Below, in pieces: positions 15,001 to 27,222 of a DNA stretch of 64,000 nucleotides (position 1 is its first letter; every line of letters starts with the position of its first letter). Where the stretch lies: positions 110,050,001-110,114,000 of the forward strand of contig OZ024744.1 of the NCBI GenBank assembly GCA_964016885.1, given 5' to 3'. Source of the stretch: Eledone cirrhosa. Taxonomy: Eukaryota. The notes below the pieces were generated by a model, which saw only the letters and a list, made by a program, of their open reading frames with translations, was not told the origin of the DNA and ran no database searches. The position numbers and the translations under genes were made by a program.

Positions 15001-17796
15001 TACTCTGCCGTTAATATGCCTAAGGTAAGTATATACGTTCAACAATCTGGCAGGAAGATATAATTTGTTGACGATAGCTAATAAGCTTGAAACTATTACA
15101 GCGTTCCTTTGTCAGTGTTGAACAAACGAGCAACGATGGTTGGTAGACACTACGGCTTAATACGGGATGTTTGTTTACAAACACACCGAGCATTATAATA
15201 AATGTTCGGTGAATCCATACGTACATATATATATATATATGTGTGCATGTGTGTATATATATATACATACTACTGTACGTCTGTATATATATATGTATGT
15301 ACGTCTACATACTTATATTTAAGCAACAGCCGTACTAAGAGTGGGAAATGAAATTTCGTATCATTTTTTTCCGTTTATCGTTTTCGGTGCACCCGGCCGA
15401 ATAACCCACTCTATATGAAAATTGGGCTACTCTGCCGATCATATGCCTAAGGTAAGTATATACGTTCAACAATCTAGCAGGAAGGTATACGTTGCTGACG
15501 ATAGCTAATAAGCTTGAAACTAGTACAGCGTTCCTTTGTCAGTGTTGAACAAACGAGCATCGATGGTTGCTAAACACTACGGCTTAATACGGGATGTTTG
15601 TTTACAAACACACCGAGCATTATAATAAATGTTCGGTGAATCCATACGTACATATATATATGTGTGCATGTACGTATAAATATATACATACTACTGTACG
15701 TCTGTATACATATATGTATGTACGTGTACATATTTATATTTAAGTAACAGCCGTACTAAGAGTGGGAAATGAAATTTCGTTTCATTTTTTCCGTTTATCA
15801 TTTTCGGTGCACCCTGGCCGATTAACCCACTCGATATGCAAATTGGGCTACTCTGCCGTATAAGAATATGCATAAGGTAAGTATATACGTTCAACAATCT
15901 GGCAGGAAGGTATACGTTGCTGACGATAGCTAATAAGCTTGAAACTAGTACAGCGTTCCTTTGTCAGTGTTAAACAAACGAGCAACGATGGTTGCTAGAC
16001 ACTACGGCTTAATACGGGATGTTTGTTTACAGACACACCGTGCATTATAATAAATGTTCGGTGAATCCATACGTACATATATATATGTGTGCATGTATGT
16101 ATATATGTATATACATACTACTGTACGTCTGTATACATATATGTATGTACGTGTACATACTTATATTTAAGTAACAGCCGTACTAAGAGTGGGAAATGAA
16201 ATTCCGTTTCATTGTTTCCGTTTATCGTTATCCGTGCACCCGACCGATTAACCCACTCTATATGCAAATTGGGCTACTCTGCCGTTAATATGCCTAAGGT
16301 AAGTATATACGTTCAACAATCTGGCAGGAAGATATATGTTGCTGACGATAGCTAATAAGCTTGAAACTAGTACAGCGTTCCTTTGGCAGTGTTGAACAAA
16401 CGAGCAAAGATGGTTGCTAGACACTACGGCTTAATACGGGATGTTTGTTTACAAACACACCGATCATTATAATCATATATTCATACTACTGTACGCCTGT
16501 ATACATATATGTATGTACGTGTACATACTTATATTTAAGCAACAGCCGTACTAAGAGTGGGAAATGAAATTTCGTTTCATTTTTTCCTTTTATCATTATC
16601 GGTGCACCCGGCCGATTAACCCACTCGATATGAAAATTGGTCTACTCAGTCGTTAATATGCATAAGGTAAGTATATACGTTCAACAATCTGGCAGGAAGG
16701 TATACGTTGCTGACGATAGCTAATAAGCTTGAAACTAGTACAGCGTTCCTTTGTCAGTGTTGAACAAACGAGCAACGATGGTTGCTAGACACGACGTCTT
16801 AATACGGGATGTTTGTTTACAAACACACCGAGCATTATAATAAATGTTCGGTGAATCCTTACGTACATATATAGGTGTGCATGTATGTAGAAATATATAC
16901 ATACTAGTGTACATCTGTATACATATATGTATGTACGTCTACATACTTATTTTCAAGTAACAACCGTACTAAGAGTGGGAAATGAAATTTCGTTTCATTT
17001 TTTCCGTTTATCGTTTTCGGTGCACCCGGCCGATAAGCCCATTCGATATGCAAATTGGGCTACTCAGGCGTTAATATGCATAAGGTAAGTATATACGTTC
17101 AACAATCTGGCAGGAAGGTATACGTTGCTGACGATAGCTAATAAGCTTGAAACTAGTACGGCGTTTCTTTGTCAGTGTTGAACAACACGAGCAACGATGG
17201 TTGCTAGACACTACGGCTTAATACGGGATGTTTGTTTACAAACACACCGAGCATTATAATAAATGTTCGGTGAATCCATACGTACACATATATATGTGTG
17301 CATGTATGTATAAATATATACATACTACTGTACGTCTGTATACATATATGTATGTACGTGTACATACTTATATTTAAGTAACAGCCGTACTAAGAGTGCG
17401 AAATGGAATTTCGTTTCATTCTTTCCGTTTATCGTTTTCGGTGCACCTGGCCGATTAACCCACTCGATATGCAAATTGGGCTACTCAGCCGTTAATATGC
17501 ATAAGGTAAGTATATACGTTCAACAATCTGGCAGGAAGGTATACGTTGCTGATGATAGCTAATAAGCTTGAAACTAGTACAGCGTTCCTTTGTTAGTTTT
17601 GAACAAACGAGCAACGAAGGTTGCTAGACACTACGGCTTAATACGGGATGTTTGTTTACAACCACACCGAGCATTAAAATAAATGTTCGGTGAATCCATA
17701 CGTACATATATATATGTGTGCATGTATGTATATATATATATACACACTACTGTACGTCTGTATACATATATGTATGTACGTGTACATACTTATATT
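1..17796 (+). repeat. Tandem satellite, ~420-bp monomer, ~42 copies in window (runs off left edge), each with a hammerhead ribozyme (retrozyme-like array)
   Basis: The motif CTGACGATAGCTAATAAGCTTGAAACTAGTA recurs at 359, 782, 1204, 1630 ... 17549 with a period of mostly 417-430 bp (a few units carry deletions). The array ends in (TA)n at ~17796. Confidence 0.98.
4555..4641 (+). ncRNA. Type I hammerhead ribozyme (representative copy of the satellite monomer)
   Basis: Core CUGACGA (4586-4592). Stem II AGCU/AGCU with AAUA loop. GAAA (4607-4610). Minimal palindromic stem III ACUAGU. NUH triplet GUA (cut after 4616). Stem I ACGUUG/CAGCGU, extended past an internal loop by CUGGCAG/UUGUCAG and GUUCAACA/UGUUGAAC. 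Confidence 0.85.
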
Positions 17797-18215
<419 letters not shown>

Positions 18216-18379
18216 TACAACTTATGTGTATATATATATATACGTATATGTATGTATGTGTATGTATATGTGTGTGCATTTGTATGGTTGTGTGTGTGTG
18301 TGTGTCTGTGTGTGTGTATATAATTATGTATATGTATGTTTGTATATATATGCATAATTGAATTAATATGCATAATTGA

Positions 18380-20000
18380 AAGCCTAGCTAAACGTAAAGT
18401 ATATATTACCCTTAAAGACCATAAATTAGACTTTACTAACCGACCTAGTTGTAGACTGATTATCGCGGCTAAATCCGAAGTTGGCCTTTTGTAAAAAAAT
18501 CTTAAGAAAATTAATTCTCCAAATTAGAACTAAGACTGACTTATCACAATGGTTAAATACATCCTCTGTTATTTCTTGGTTTAATAATATACAAGGTAAA
18601 AATAAGTGTAGATTTACCCAATTTGATATTGTTGATTTTTACCCCTCTATTACCGTTTCCCTATTAACCTTATGCCTTAGACTTTGCAAGACCCTTCATT
18701 AATATTTCTAAATTAGAAGACATTATCTTCAATGCTACAAAAACTTTACTCTTTACTCATGAAAGTATTTGGGTTAAAAAGTCAAACCCTGAAAACTCTT
18801 TTGATGTCGCAATGGGTTCATATGACAGTGCGGATGTGTGTGACTTAGTAGGATTATTCCTTCTCCACACCCTCAAAGAGAAATTTGCTTCCCATAATAT
18901 CGGTTTATATCGTGACGACGGATTGGCAGTTTCTCATACCCCCAACGGCCATAACCTTGATAAATTCCGTAAAAATTTAATCAATACTTTTGCTAATCTT
19001 AACCTTAAAATTACTATAGATACGAACCTTACCAATGCTAACTTTCTTGACATTAATCTTGATCTACTTACTGCCTCTTTTAAACCTTATCATAAACCTA
19101 ACGAAAATCTTAGATATATACACAAAGAGTCTTGCCATCCCCTTATTTTTTAAAAAATCTTATTCCCAACATTAGCCGTAGGATTTCTACCTTATCTTTG
19201 TCTCTAGACATTTTTAATAAAGCCGCTCCTTATTATAACAAAGCCCTTAATAACAGCGGTTTTACAGAACAAATTAATTATTTACCTACTCACTCCCCCT
19301 AAAACTAACCACAATAATAGGAAAAGGAAAATTATTTACTTTACACCCCCTTCTCTCTAACTGTCAAATCTAATGTAGGAAGGAAATTCATTGACCTCTT
19401 AGATAAACATTTTCCTCCTAATCATAGATATTATAAGATATTTAATAGAAATGTAGTTAAAATCAGTTACTCTTGATGCCCATCAATGAAGTCTATAATC
19501 ACTAATTCCAATCGTACGAGAATAAATCCAGGATGCAGTTGCAGGAATCCGGATGAATGCCATTACAGGGCAAATGTAACAAATCCGTTGTATATGAGGT
19601 CAAAGTGACACCTTTAATTAACATCCAGCCAGCCAGGAGTGAACGATATGTTGGCATGACCCAGGACAGGTTTAAAACCAGGTTTTATGCACCTGTCGCT
19701 TCTTTTAAACACTCCGATAAAAGAACAGCAACGGCTCTCGCAAATAAGGTGTGGGAATTCAAGGATAAAAACATCCCGTACTCCATCGATTGGTCTATTT
19801 TAGACCATTCGAGGGAGTACCAAAGGGGCACAAAGAAATGTTCTTTGTGTACCACTGAAAAATTTAGGATTTTACAAAACTTGAAAGCCACTTCAACTTG
19901 CCTGAACTCCAAGACCGAGATCTTCAGATGTTGTCCTCACCTGAAATCACATCTGATCTGTAACTGGATTGACATTCCTACGATAACTCAACCACCTTGA
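18380..20000 (+). pseudogene. Degenerate Penelope-like (Naiad-type) RT + GIY-YIG ORF, 5'-truncated and frameshifted
   Basis: Fragments LKDHK..CRLI, QFDIVDFYPSI, MGSYDSADVCDLVG, GLYRDDGL, FLDINLDL, CSC..CPLQGKC, VVY...YVG...FKTRF and CSLCTTEK, collinear with the 815-aa ORF at 24133-26580. Confidence 0.92.
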
Positions 20001-20233
20001 ACTTCTTCTCCGCTCTCTATGCCTTACATCCATTACGGTTTTTTTACCTTCTGAATTCACTTTCTGTACTCTCGTATTCTTTTTCTCCCTTATCTCCCCT
20101 TATATTTAAACCTTTTGCTATATCATTTATTTTCCTTATTTTCCCCCCTACTTTCTACCTTAACCTTCACATACCCACCTTTTTTTATTTTTAGATATTT
20201 ATTTCTGTGTGTGTGTGTTGCGCATATGTGTGA

Positions 20234-20339
<106 letters not shown>

Positions 20340-20538
20340 ATGGATATATATATATATATGTATGGATATGTATGTGTGTATGTATGTTTATATATCTGTA
20401 TGTATATGTATGTGTGTATATAATTGTATTTTATATGCTTCTGTTGTATTTGTGTGTGTGTGTATATATTGTGTGTGCGCGTGTGTTTATTTGTGTGTAT
20501 GTATTTTTATATATTTGTTTTTTTGTGTATATATATAA

Positions 20539-20575
20539 TAGCCTCAGAAACGGCTTGAGCTCTGCCGTGGGGTCA
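20539..20575 (+). ncRNA. Degenerate 3' half of a hammerhead ribozyme (GAAAC-GGC..GCC-GTG)
   Basis: GAAAC plus stem III GGC/GCC around a GAGCTC-containing loop. Near-identical motif at 62851-62888. The 5' CUGANGA half is absent. Confidence 0.4.
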
Positions 20576-20675
20576 GACTTTTTCCTATATGTGTATATAT
20601 ATATGTATATGTATGTGTATGTATATGTATGTGAATTTGTATGGTTGTGTGTGTGTGTATATATATATAATTATG

Positions 20676-20707
<32 letters not shown>

Positions 20708-20966
20708 TGTATGTATGTATGTATGTATGTATATGCATAATTATATACAGTGATTTAATGCTTATTTTCATTGATCATTTGCTCCAGGATCTTGTTGAGT
20801 GCTCTAAATCAGCTATAAACATTTATACCCTTTTCTAATTATTTATTTATTATTTGTCGTATTCCCAACTTTTTATTTTTATATATATATAATATTTATG
20901 TATTTTCTTATATATATATGTGTGTGTGTATGTATGTGTGTGTATGTGTATATATATATGTGTGTG

Positions 20967-21049
<83 letters not shown>

Positions 21050-22393
21050 GTATGTATATATATTTTTAAGAGTTAAACAAGGTTCATATAAATACATCTA
21101 AGCATGAGTTTTACTCACATACATATGTGTGCATATGTATTTGTATTTATGTTTGTGTATATGTATGTATATGTATGTGTATATATGTGTATATATATAT
21201 ATATTCCTTTCTATATATTTTTATAGTTGATATCTTAATGTTTAGGAATTTTGATTACTTAAACCATAGCTAATATTGTATTGCCTTATTAAGTATTTTA
21301 AATATTTTCAATATTAATTTATCAAATAGGGTTTTCTAGTCATTTATCCGGGTTGTTTCCTAAGTTTTTACTTAACTGCATGTGAGATCTAAGTAAATAC
21401 TTTTGTTTTTGTTTTTTGATTTCCGGTCGATTTTATTTATTTATTTATTAATACTACTGTGCATAATATTTTCTGTCTGGCCCTTATTCACTCATTCACA
21501 TATGTGTATGTTTACCAACCTTGTAATTATAAGTAATTATATATTATATTATGTTCATTATTTTATATTGAAGTTGTTATTCAACTCTTTGTAAATGTAA
21601 TATTGATCTTTGTAACTTACGGATGATTTTATATACCATTATGATATGTAATATTTTATATATTCCGTAAGATGTTTATATTTTTGTACCATCATAATTT
21701 TGATTTTGGTATTGTACAATTTATATTTTTTTCTCACCTGCTCAGTAACTCTATATGAATTGATTTGTTAACTTACATGCCATTATATATTATTATATTA
21801 TTATTATAGTGTTATTGTAACATCTATATTGTTTGTGTAAATTAACCGGAGATTATCTATTATATTATATTATATATTATATAATTATATAGTTTATTAT
21901 ATATTATACGTTTTACTTTTAATCATTTCATTACTTCATGTTATACTGTATATTAGATATACGTATTATTTTGTATTTTTATTTTTATTCCTATTATGCT
22001 TATTTATATTTAAACTCTTAATAAGGTTTAATTTGTGCTGTTAATGATGGAAATGTGTATTGATGTATATGTGCGTACGTGTGTGTATATATATACATAT
22101 GTATATTGTGCCTTTTAATTTTAATTTTAATTTTAATATTGTTACAAGTATATTATATTATATTATATTATATAGTATTATATATAGTACTATAATTCCC
22201 TGCTCTATATAACCACCTTTAGTTTTTTTGCTTTGGACTATATTTGTAATATGGTCCAAAATGTTATCCACCTCCTTAGTGATTTTTATTATATATTTTT
22301 ACCCATAATCTTCTAATACTTTAGTGTATGTACACTCCATATCTTTCGGAGTTTTCGGCTTGTATTGGCCGATAGTGTTTCTTGTAGTTTTAA

Positions 22394-22440
22394 TTGCCCG
22401 GATGAGTCCTTAATAGGACGAAACATTGTTGGCTAATAAA
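22394..22440 (+). ncRNA. Degenerate minimal type I hammerhead followed by AATAAA
   Basis: GCC-CGGATGA-GTCCT-taat-AGGAC-GAAAC-att-GTT-GGC. The core has U4->G; stem II is a perfect 5 bp. Confidence 0.65.
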
Positions 22441-22979
22441 GACTTTTGATGTATTGAAGGCTTCTTTGTTTTATTTTCATAATATATATATATATATGTA
22501 TATATGTGTGTGTGTGTGTATGTATATGTGTATGTGTATGTATATGTATATGTATATGTGTGTGTGTGTATGTATTTATTTTTATGTATGTATGTGTATG
22601 TGCAATTGTGTGTATTGCTTACCACGTGTGTTTGTACATTTATTTGTTGCCTGTATCGCTGTCAACTTTATAATAATTCTTACATTTATTTTTTATTCTT
22701 ATGTGACGGTATTTTTATTATTATATTTTTTCTTATAATTATTTGTGTGTGTGCGTATGTAGGTGTGTGTACATATATCTATATTTGTGCATGCGTATGT
22801 ATGCGTGTATATATGTGTGTATGTATGTGTGTGTATGTACGTGTGTGTATATATGTATGATTGTTTGTATGTATGTATATATATATATATGCATGTGTGT
22901 GTGTGCGTGTTTGTGTATTTGTGTGTATATGTATGTATGGATATGTTGATATATGTGTGTATGTATGTATTTGAATATG

Positions 22980-23044
<65 letters not shown>

Positions 23045-23074
23045 AGATCAAAAGATGGTTAAAGGAGTTCCATA

Positions 23075-23145
23075 TATTTTATTATGCGCATTTCAAAAAC
23101 AAACATCATCAAGCAATAATATTTGTGTTTTCATCAGATAAAACA
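23075..23145 (-). ncRNA. Type I hammerhead ribozyme in the 3' pseudo-LTR
   Basis: Minus strand: UGUUUUAU-CUGAUGA-(16-bp stem II, one mismatch, GCUU loop)-GAAA-U-GCGC-AUA^AUAAAAUA. Stem III region AUGCGCAU is palindromic. Confidence 0.85.
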
Positions 23146-24132
23146 GGAGAACATGATATGAAGGCTAAAGAACACTTGTTGATAGTGCAGTTTTAAATCA
23201 ACATATGAAAAGTGGTTTTAGATTGATGTGTGATATTGGGAAAAATATTTTATTTAGAGAGGGAGGGGGGGGAAAAGGATGAAAAGGGAAGGAGATGAGA
23301 GGGAGAGATGGGTGATAGAGAGAAAGAGATAGTTTTTATAACTGAGAGGAGATATATTTTTTACATAGAGGGGTTGAAAACCGTTGGAAGATACTGTATA
23401 AATTAAAAATTTTGAAAATTAATGAAGGGAGGATATGTGCGAGGAAAAAATATTTTATTTAGGGAGGGGGGGGGAAGGATGAACAAAAGGGGGGAGGAGA
23501 TGAGAGTGAAGGTGGAGAGGGAGAGATGGGTGATAGAGAGAAAGAGATAGTTTTTATAACTGAGAAAAAGATATATTGTTTTAATATAGAGAGGTTGGGA
23601 ACCGTTGGAAGATAATGTATAAATTAAAGGAATTTGAAAATTAACGAAGGGAAATTATGTATGAAGATAGAGAGAAAAAATATAATAATTGTGGGTGAAT
23701 ATTCTAACGTCAAAAGAAGAAATGTATGTATTGTGGCAATTTCAAAATTATCGAAGAGAAAAGTTGTTATGGTTTGTGTGTAGAAGGATTTGAGAAAAAT
23801 AATGTGAAGTTAAAGTTTGTATATTGAATTGATATGTATTAATAATGAGTTCGTTGATGGGGAGAAAAAAATAATAATAAATTAAGGATGAAATTGAGAT
23901 TAAAAAGATTTATGATAGAGAGAAAAAATAATAATGATTGCGGATGAATATTCAAAATGTCAAAAACAAATGTTATTATTTTACGAGAAGATAGAATGAG
24001 GGTAATGAGTAAACGAGTATTATAGAGTGTATAATGCCCTTTAAAGTAAGGTAAGGTAGATGGGTATATTTTAAAGAGGTGTATGTATATGTGCCTTTGA
24101 GAAAAGATTCTAAATTGATAAAGAATTGAATA

Positions 24133-26580
24133 TTAACTGTATACTTTGTGAAAAGTTCTATGGAATTTATGCAGGCAGATAGAAAACAAATCTGAGCGTC
24201 TGTTTATTATAGAATCTAGGTTAGAGATAATGGTAAATTTTTCATTTAGGCAGAGATTACAGATTTTAGATAGAGAGCTGTTCAAGTATGAGGATGCAGA
24301 AGAAATCTTTTTCCAAAAGATGTTATATTTAATGTTTTTGTCTTTTAAGGACCATATGAGTTCTGAGAGAGCAGTGTTAGTTCTTTTAAGTTTGTATTTG
24401 AAAGATGAATGATGATTATAGAGACGAGCTTTAAAAGAGGTGGAAGTGGAGCCAAAATAGGTGAAGGAATTGGTGCTAGTTATAATTTTACATTCATAAA
24501 TTAAGTTTTTATCGAGGCAATGGTTGTTGAGAGGACATTTATTTTTGATGCGGCAGTTGCAATTAGAGAGATTATTAATGAGTGATTTAGTGTTATCTAT
24601 AGAAGGAATTGGATTGGAGAAGTTGTTTGCGATAGGAATAATAGGAATAATAGTTTCTTGATTTAGAGTTGGATTATGAACATTTAGCGAAGTTGTGTTT
24701 GACGTTGTATTTGGGTTTACAGAAGTTAGCCTAGGGTTTACAATGACGTCGGGAGTACTATTACTGTTATTATGAAATTCGATATTGGAAGGAAGAGATT
24801 TAGTATTTAATATTTTGTTGTTGTGTTTAGAGATGATGTTGGAAATATTGGAGGATGTAGAATACGAAAATGTGATGGTGTGTTTGTTAAATATTTTACT
24901 ATAGATATGTGAGGGAGGGAAGCATTTATTTAAGGCACTAAAAAATAATTTAGGAATATTGTTATTAATAGAGATGGAGAAAGGAGCATTATACCAGATT
25001 ATGTTTTTGTATCTAGGTCTTTTATTAAAATTATTGGAATGGTCATGATTAATTATTCTACTGTAAGTTTTCCTAGAATTTGTTTCTTTATTATATTTGA
25101 TTTTATCTGGATAACCGGCTTTAGAAAGTGCGTTATTATAGTAATTGGCGTTAGCATCAAAGATGTTTTTATTAGAAGATATGTTAGATATTCTATTTCC
25201 AATATTATTAACTATAGCATTCTTGATATTGGTAGGATGGTTAGATTTAAAGTTAACATAATTAAGATTCTCATTGTTTTTATGGCCAGTGTCAAGATTA
25301 AGAGATACATCCAAGAAATTAGCTAGTTTGATACTATTATCAAATTCAATTTTTAGGTTATGTTGGTTAAAGAGATTACGTATATTGTTCTTAATAATAT
25401 TAAGTTTAACTACATTGCAATTTAGGATAGTAAAGAGTCCATCGTCACGATAAATTCCACCGCGAAGTTGAGGAATTTTCCGACTCAAAGAGTTCAAAAT
25501 GAAGATACCAATTAAATCAGTCAATTGGGATGAATCGGATGCTCCCATTGTGATGTCGAAGTTGTTAGAGGTATCGGCTCTGGTCCAATATTCGTTGTTG
25601 AACTCTAGGATGGTTTTACGTGCGGTGAGGATGATGTGAAGTTCATCTGTGGTGATATCAGAATATTTAAGTGCGAAAGATAGAGCATTATTGAGAAGTG
25701 AAGGCGAAATGGAGGAATAGTAGCTGGCAATATCGAATTGAATAAATTTTAGTTTGTTTTTATTATCCAATTTGTTGAACCAGCCAATCACTTCAGAAGT
25801 ACCAAACCATAAATTTAGGTTTAAAGAAGAGCAATTAGAACTAACCTGTGGGATAATCCTATCCAAGATGGCTTTACTAACAACCCCCAGATCAGATTTA
25901 GAGGGGGCGATTAATCTAACAGGTAGTTCAGTGCGAAAATTGTTTTTGTGATCCTTGAGATTTATCCTCGGAGTTCTTGGGAGGAATGGTTCGGTCTTTT
26001 TTTCAATGCCAAGTTTTGACATAATCTCATAGGCTTCAAGGTTTATGCATTCTAAATTTTCATGGTTGGTTTTACGATACTTTTTCCTAAGTTCCTTTAG
26101 GATAAGGTTGTTATAATTATCCTTGGAAATACCATATAGGTTATTGGTTTTGTCAGAGTGGACTAAAACATTTTTTGAGGAATTTAGGTTAGAGATTGTG
26201 TTCTTGAGATTTACAAGGTGCTCTTGTCCTTTGTAAGGGTATCTCTTGAATTTAAGATTTTTTATTATTTTAGTTAATTCATCCTCGAATTGTGCTAGAT
26301 TTTTGTTGGAAGGAGGATTTCGTCTAGAATTAAAAAGATGATCGAGGAAGTTGTGTTCTTTGGTATGAAAGTTCCCTTTTAGGCGCTGGTCATAGAAATA
26401 GGCTGTCCATCTAAGTCTTCTTACGAAGGAGTCAGTTTTTTCAATAAGAAGTTTGGTGAATTCAGATTTACCAGGTATAGGAATGTCTTTAGTTGAATTG
26501 GTTATGTTGTAATAATCCATGTTGTAGAAGAAGAGGTGAAGGACCATCAAAAGGTATCCAATATGAGAGTAAGCGCTCAA
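24133..26580 (-). CDS. Penelope-like RT + Cys-finger + C-terminal GIY-YIG endonuclease (815 aa as called from TTG; AUG start probably near 26547 or 26520)
   Basis: RLRWTAYF, SDKT, LKDHK, QFDIASYYSSI, MGASDS, GIYRDDGL, CNCRIKNKCPLNNHC, LIY...YFG...FKARLYNH, CNLCLNEK. Confidence 0.92.
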   Translation of the reverse strand: MSAYSHIGYLLMVLHLFFYNMDYYNITNSTKDIPIPGKSEFTKLLIEKTDSFVRRLRWTAYFYDQRLKGNFHTKEHNFLDHLFNSRRNPPSNKNLAQFEDELTKIIKNLKFKRYPYKGQEHLVNLKNTISNLNSSKNVLVHSDKTNNLYGISKDNYNNLILKELRKKYRKTNHENLECINLEAYEIMSKLGIEKKTEPFLPRTPRINLKDHKNNFRTELPVRLIAPSKSDLGVVSKAILDRIIPQVSSNCSSLNLNLWFGTSEVIGWFNKLDNKNKLKFIQFDIASYYSSISPSLLNNALSFALKYSDITTDELHIILTARKTILEFNNEYWTRADTSNNFDITMGASDSSQLTDLIGIFILNSLSRKIPQLRGGIYRDDGLFTILNCNVVKLNIIKNNIRNLFNQHNLKIEFDNSIKLANFLDVSLNLDTGHKNNENLNYVNFKSNHPTNIKNAIVNNIGNRISNISSNKNIFDANANYYNNALSKAGYPDKIKYNKETNSRKTYSRIINHDHSNNFNKRPRYKNIIWYNAPFSISINNNIPKLFFSALNKCFPPSHIYSKIFNKHTITFSYSTSSNISNIISKHNNKILNTKSLPSNIEFHNNSNSTPDVIVNPRLTSVNPNTTSNTTSLNVHNPTLNQETIIPIIPIANNFSNPIPSIDNTKSLINNLSNCNCRIKNKCPLNNHCLDKNLIYECKIITSTNSFTYFGSTSTSFKARLYNHHSSFKYKLKRTNTALSELIWSLKDKNIKYNIFWKKISSASSYLNSSLSKICNLCLNEKFTIISNLDSIINRRSDLFSICLHKFHRTFHKVYS

Positions 26581-26724
26581 CCGTTAAGGAGCAAGTTAAT
26601 GTAGGAGGTGAGTTTTATTGTAGTACAATAAAGCAATGCAGATATCGGATAAGAAGCACTCTACAGTTTGTGGGACTGGAGTATGCATAATATAAGATCA
26701 AAAGATGGTTAAAGGAGTTCCATA

Positions 26725-26795
26725 TATTTTATTATGCGCATTTCAAAAACAAACATCATCAAGCAATAATATTTGTGTTTTCATCAGATAAAACA
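26725..26795 (-). ncRNA. Type I hammerhead ribozyme in the 5' pseudo-LTR
   Basis: Identical to 23075-23145. Confidence 0.85.
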
Positions 26796-27034
26796 GGAGA
26801 ACATATATACATATATACATATATATGTGTGTGTGTGTGCATGTGTGTTTATTTTTCCTTTCCTTCCTTTTCCAGCCTCACTTTCATATAGATTATATTT
26901 TTGTTTTAAAATCCAATGTCAATAAATACACCAGGATTTTTTTTTCTGATTTTTTTTTCTGAAAGTTTGTTTGCTTTTAAGAAACCACTGGTAAATGAAA
27001 TAATTGCCTTATGTTGTTTATTACATAACTATAC

Positions 27035-27066
<32 letters not shown>

Positions 27067-27222
27067 CTATATATATATGTGTGTGTGTGTGTCAGTGTGT
27101 GTGTTCGCATGTGAGTGTATGTGTGCACGTGGGTATGTAAAATTAAACAGAAATAACAAAGCAGGTAACACAGTACATTTAAGAAATATATTAGTTTAAC
27201 GCTTGAAATACTAGTAAAAGAC

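Larger units (their letters stand above)
23037..26804 (-). mobile_element. Near-intact Penelope-like (Naiad-type) retroelement with identical ~118-bp direct terminal repeats, inserted in TA-rich microsatellite
   Basis: 23037-23154 is identical to 26687-26804 (offset 3650). Single long ORF inside. TA-rich repeats on both flanks. Confidence 0.93.

Noticed and set aside
734-15897. Recurrent 62-115-aa ORFs in the satellite, mostly minus strand ([10 protein letters not shown]...)
   Set aside because: Starts and frames vary with TA-run length, many copies have stops, and no domain is recognisable; by-product of the repeat.
1-17796. CRISPR array or rDNA/tRNA/snRNA tandem cluster
   Set aside because: The whole unit repeats with no unique spacers, and there is no resemblance to 5S, tRNA or snRNA bodies.
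20535-20585. Possible SECIS or twister ribozyme
   Set aside because: No AUGA/GA quartet at proper spacing and no twister pseudoknot partners; a half-hammerhead fits better.
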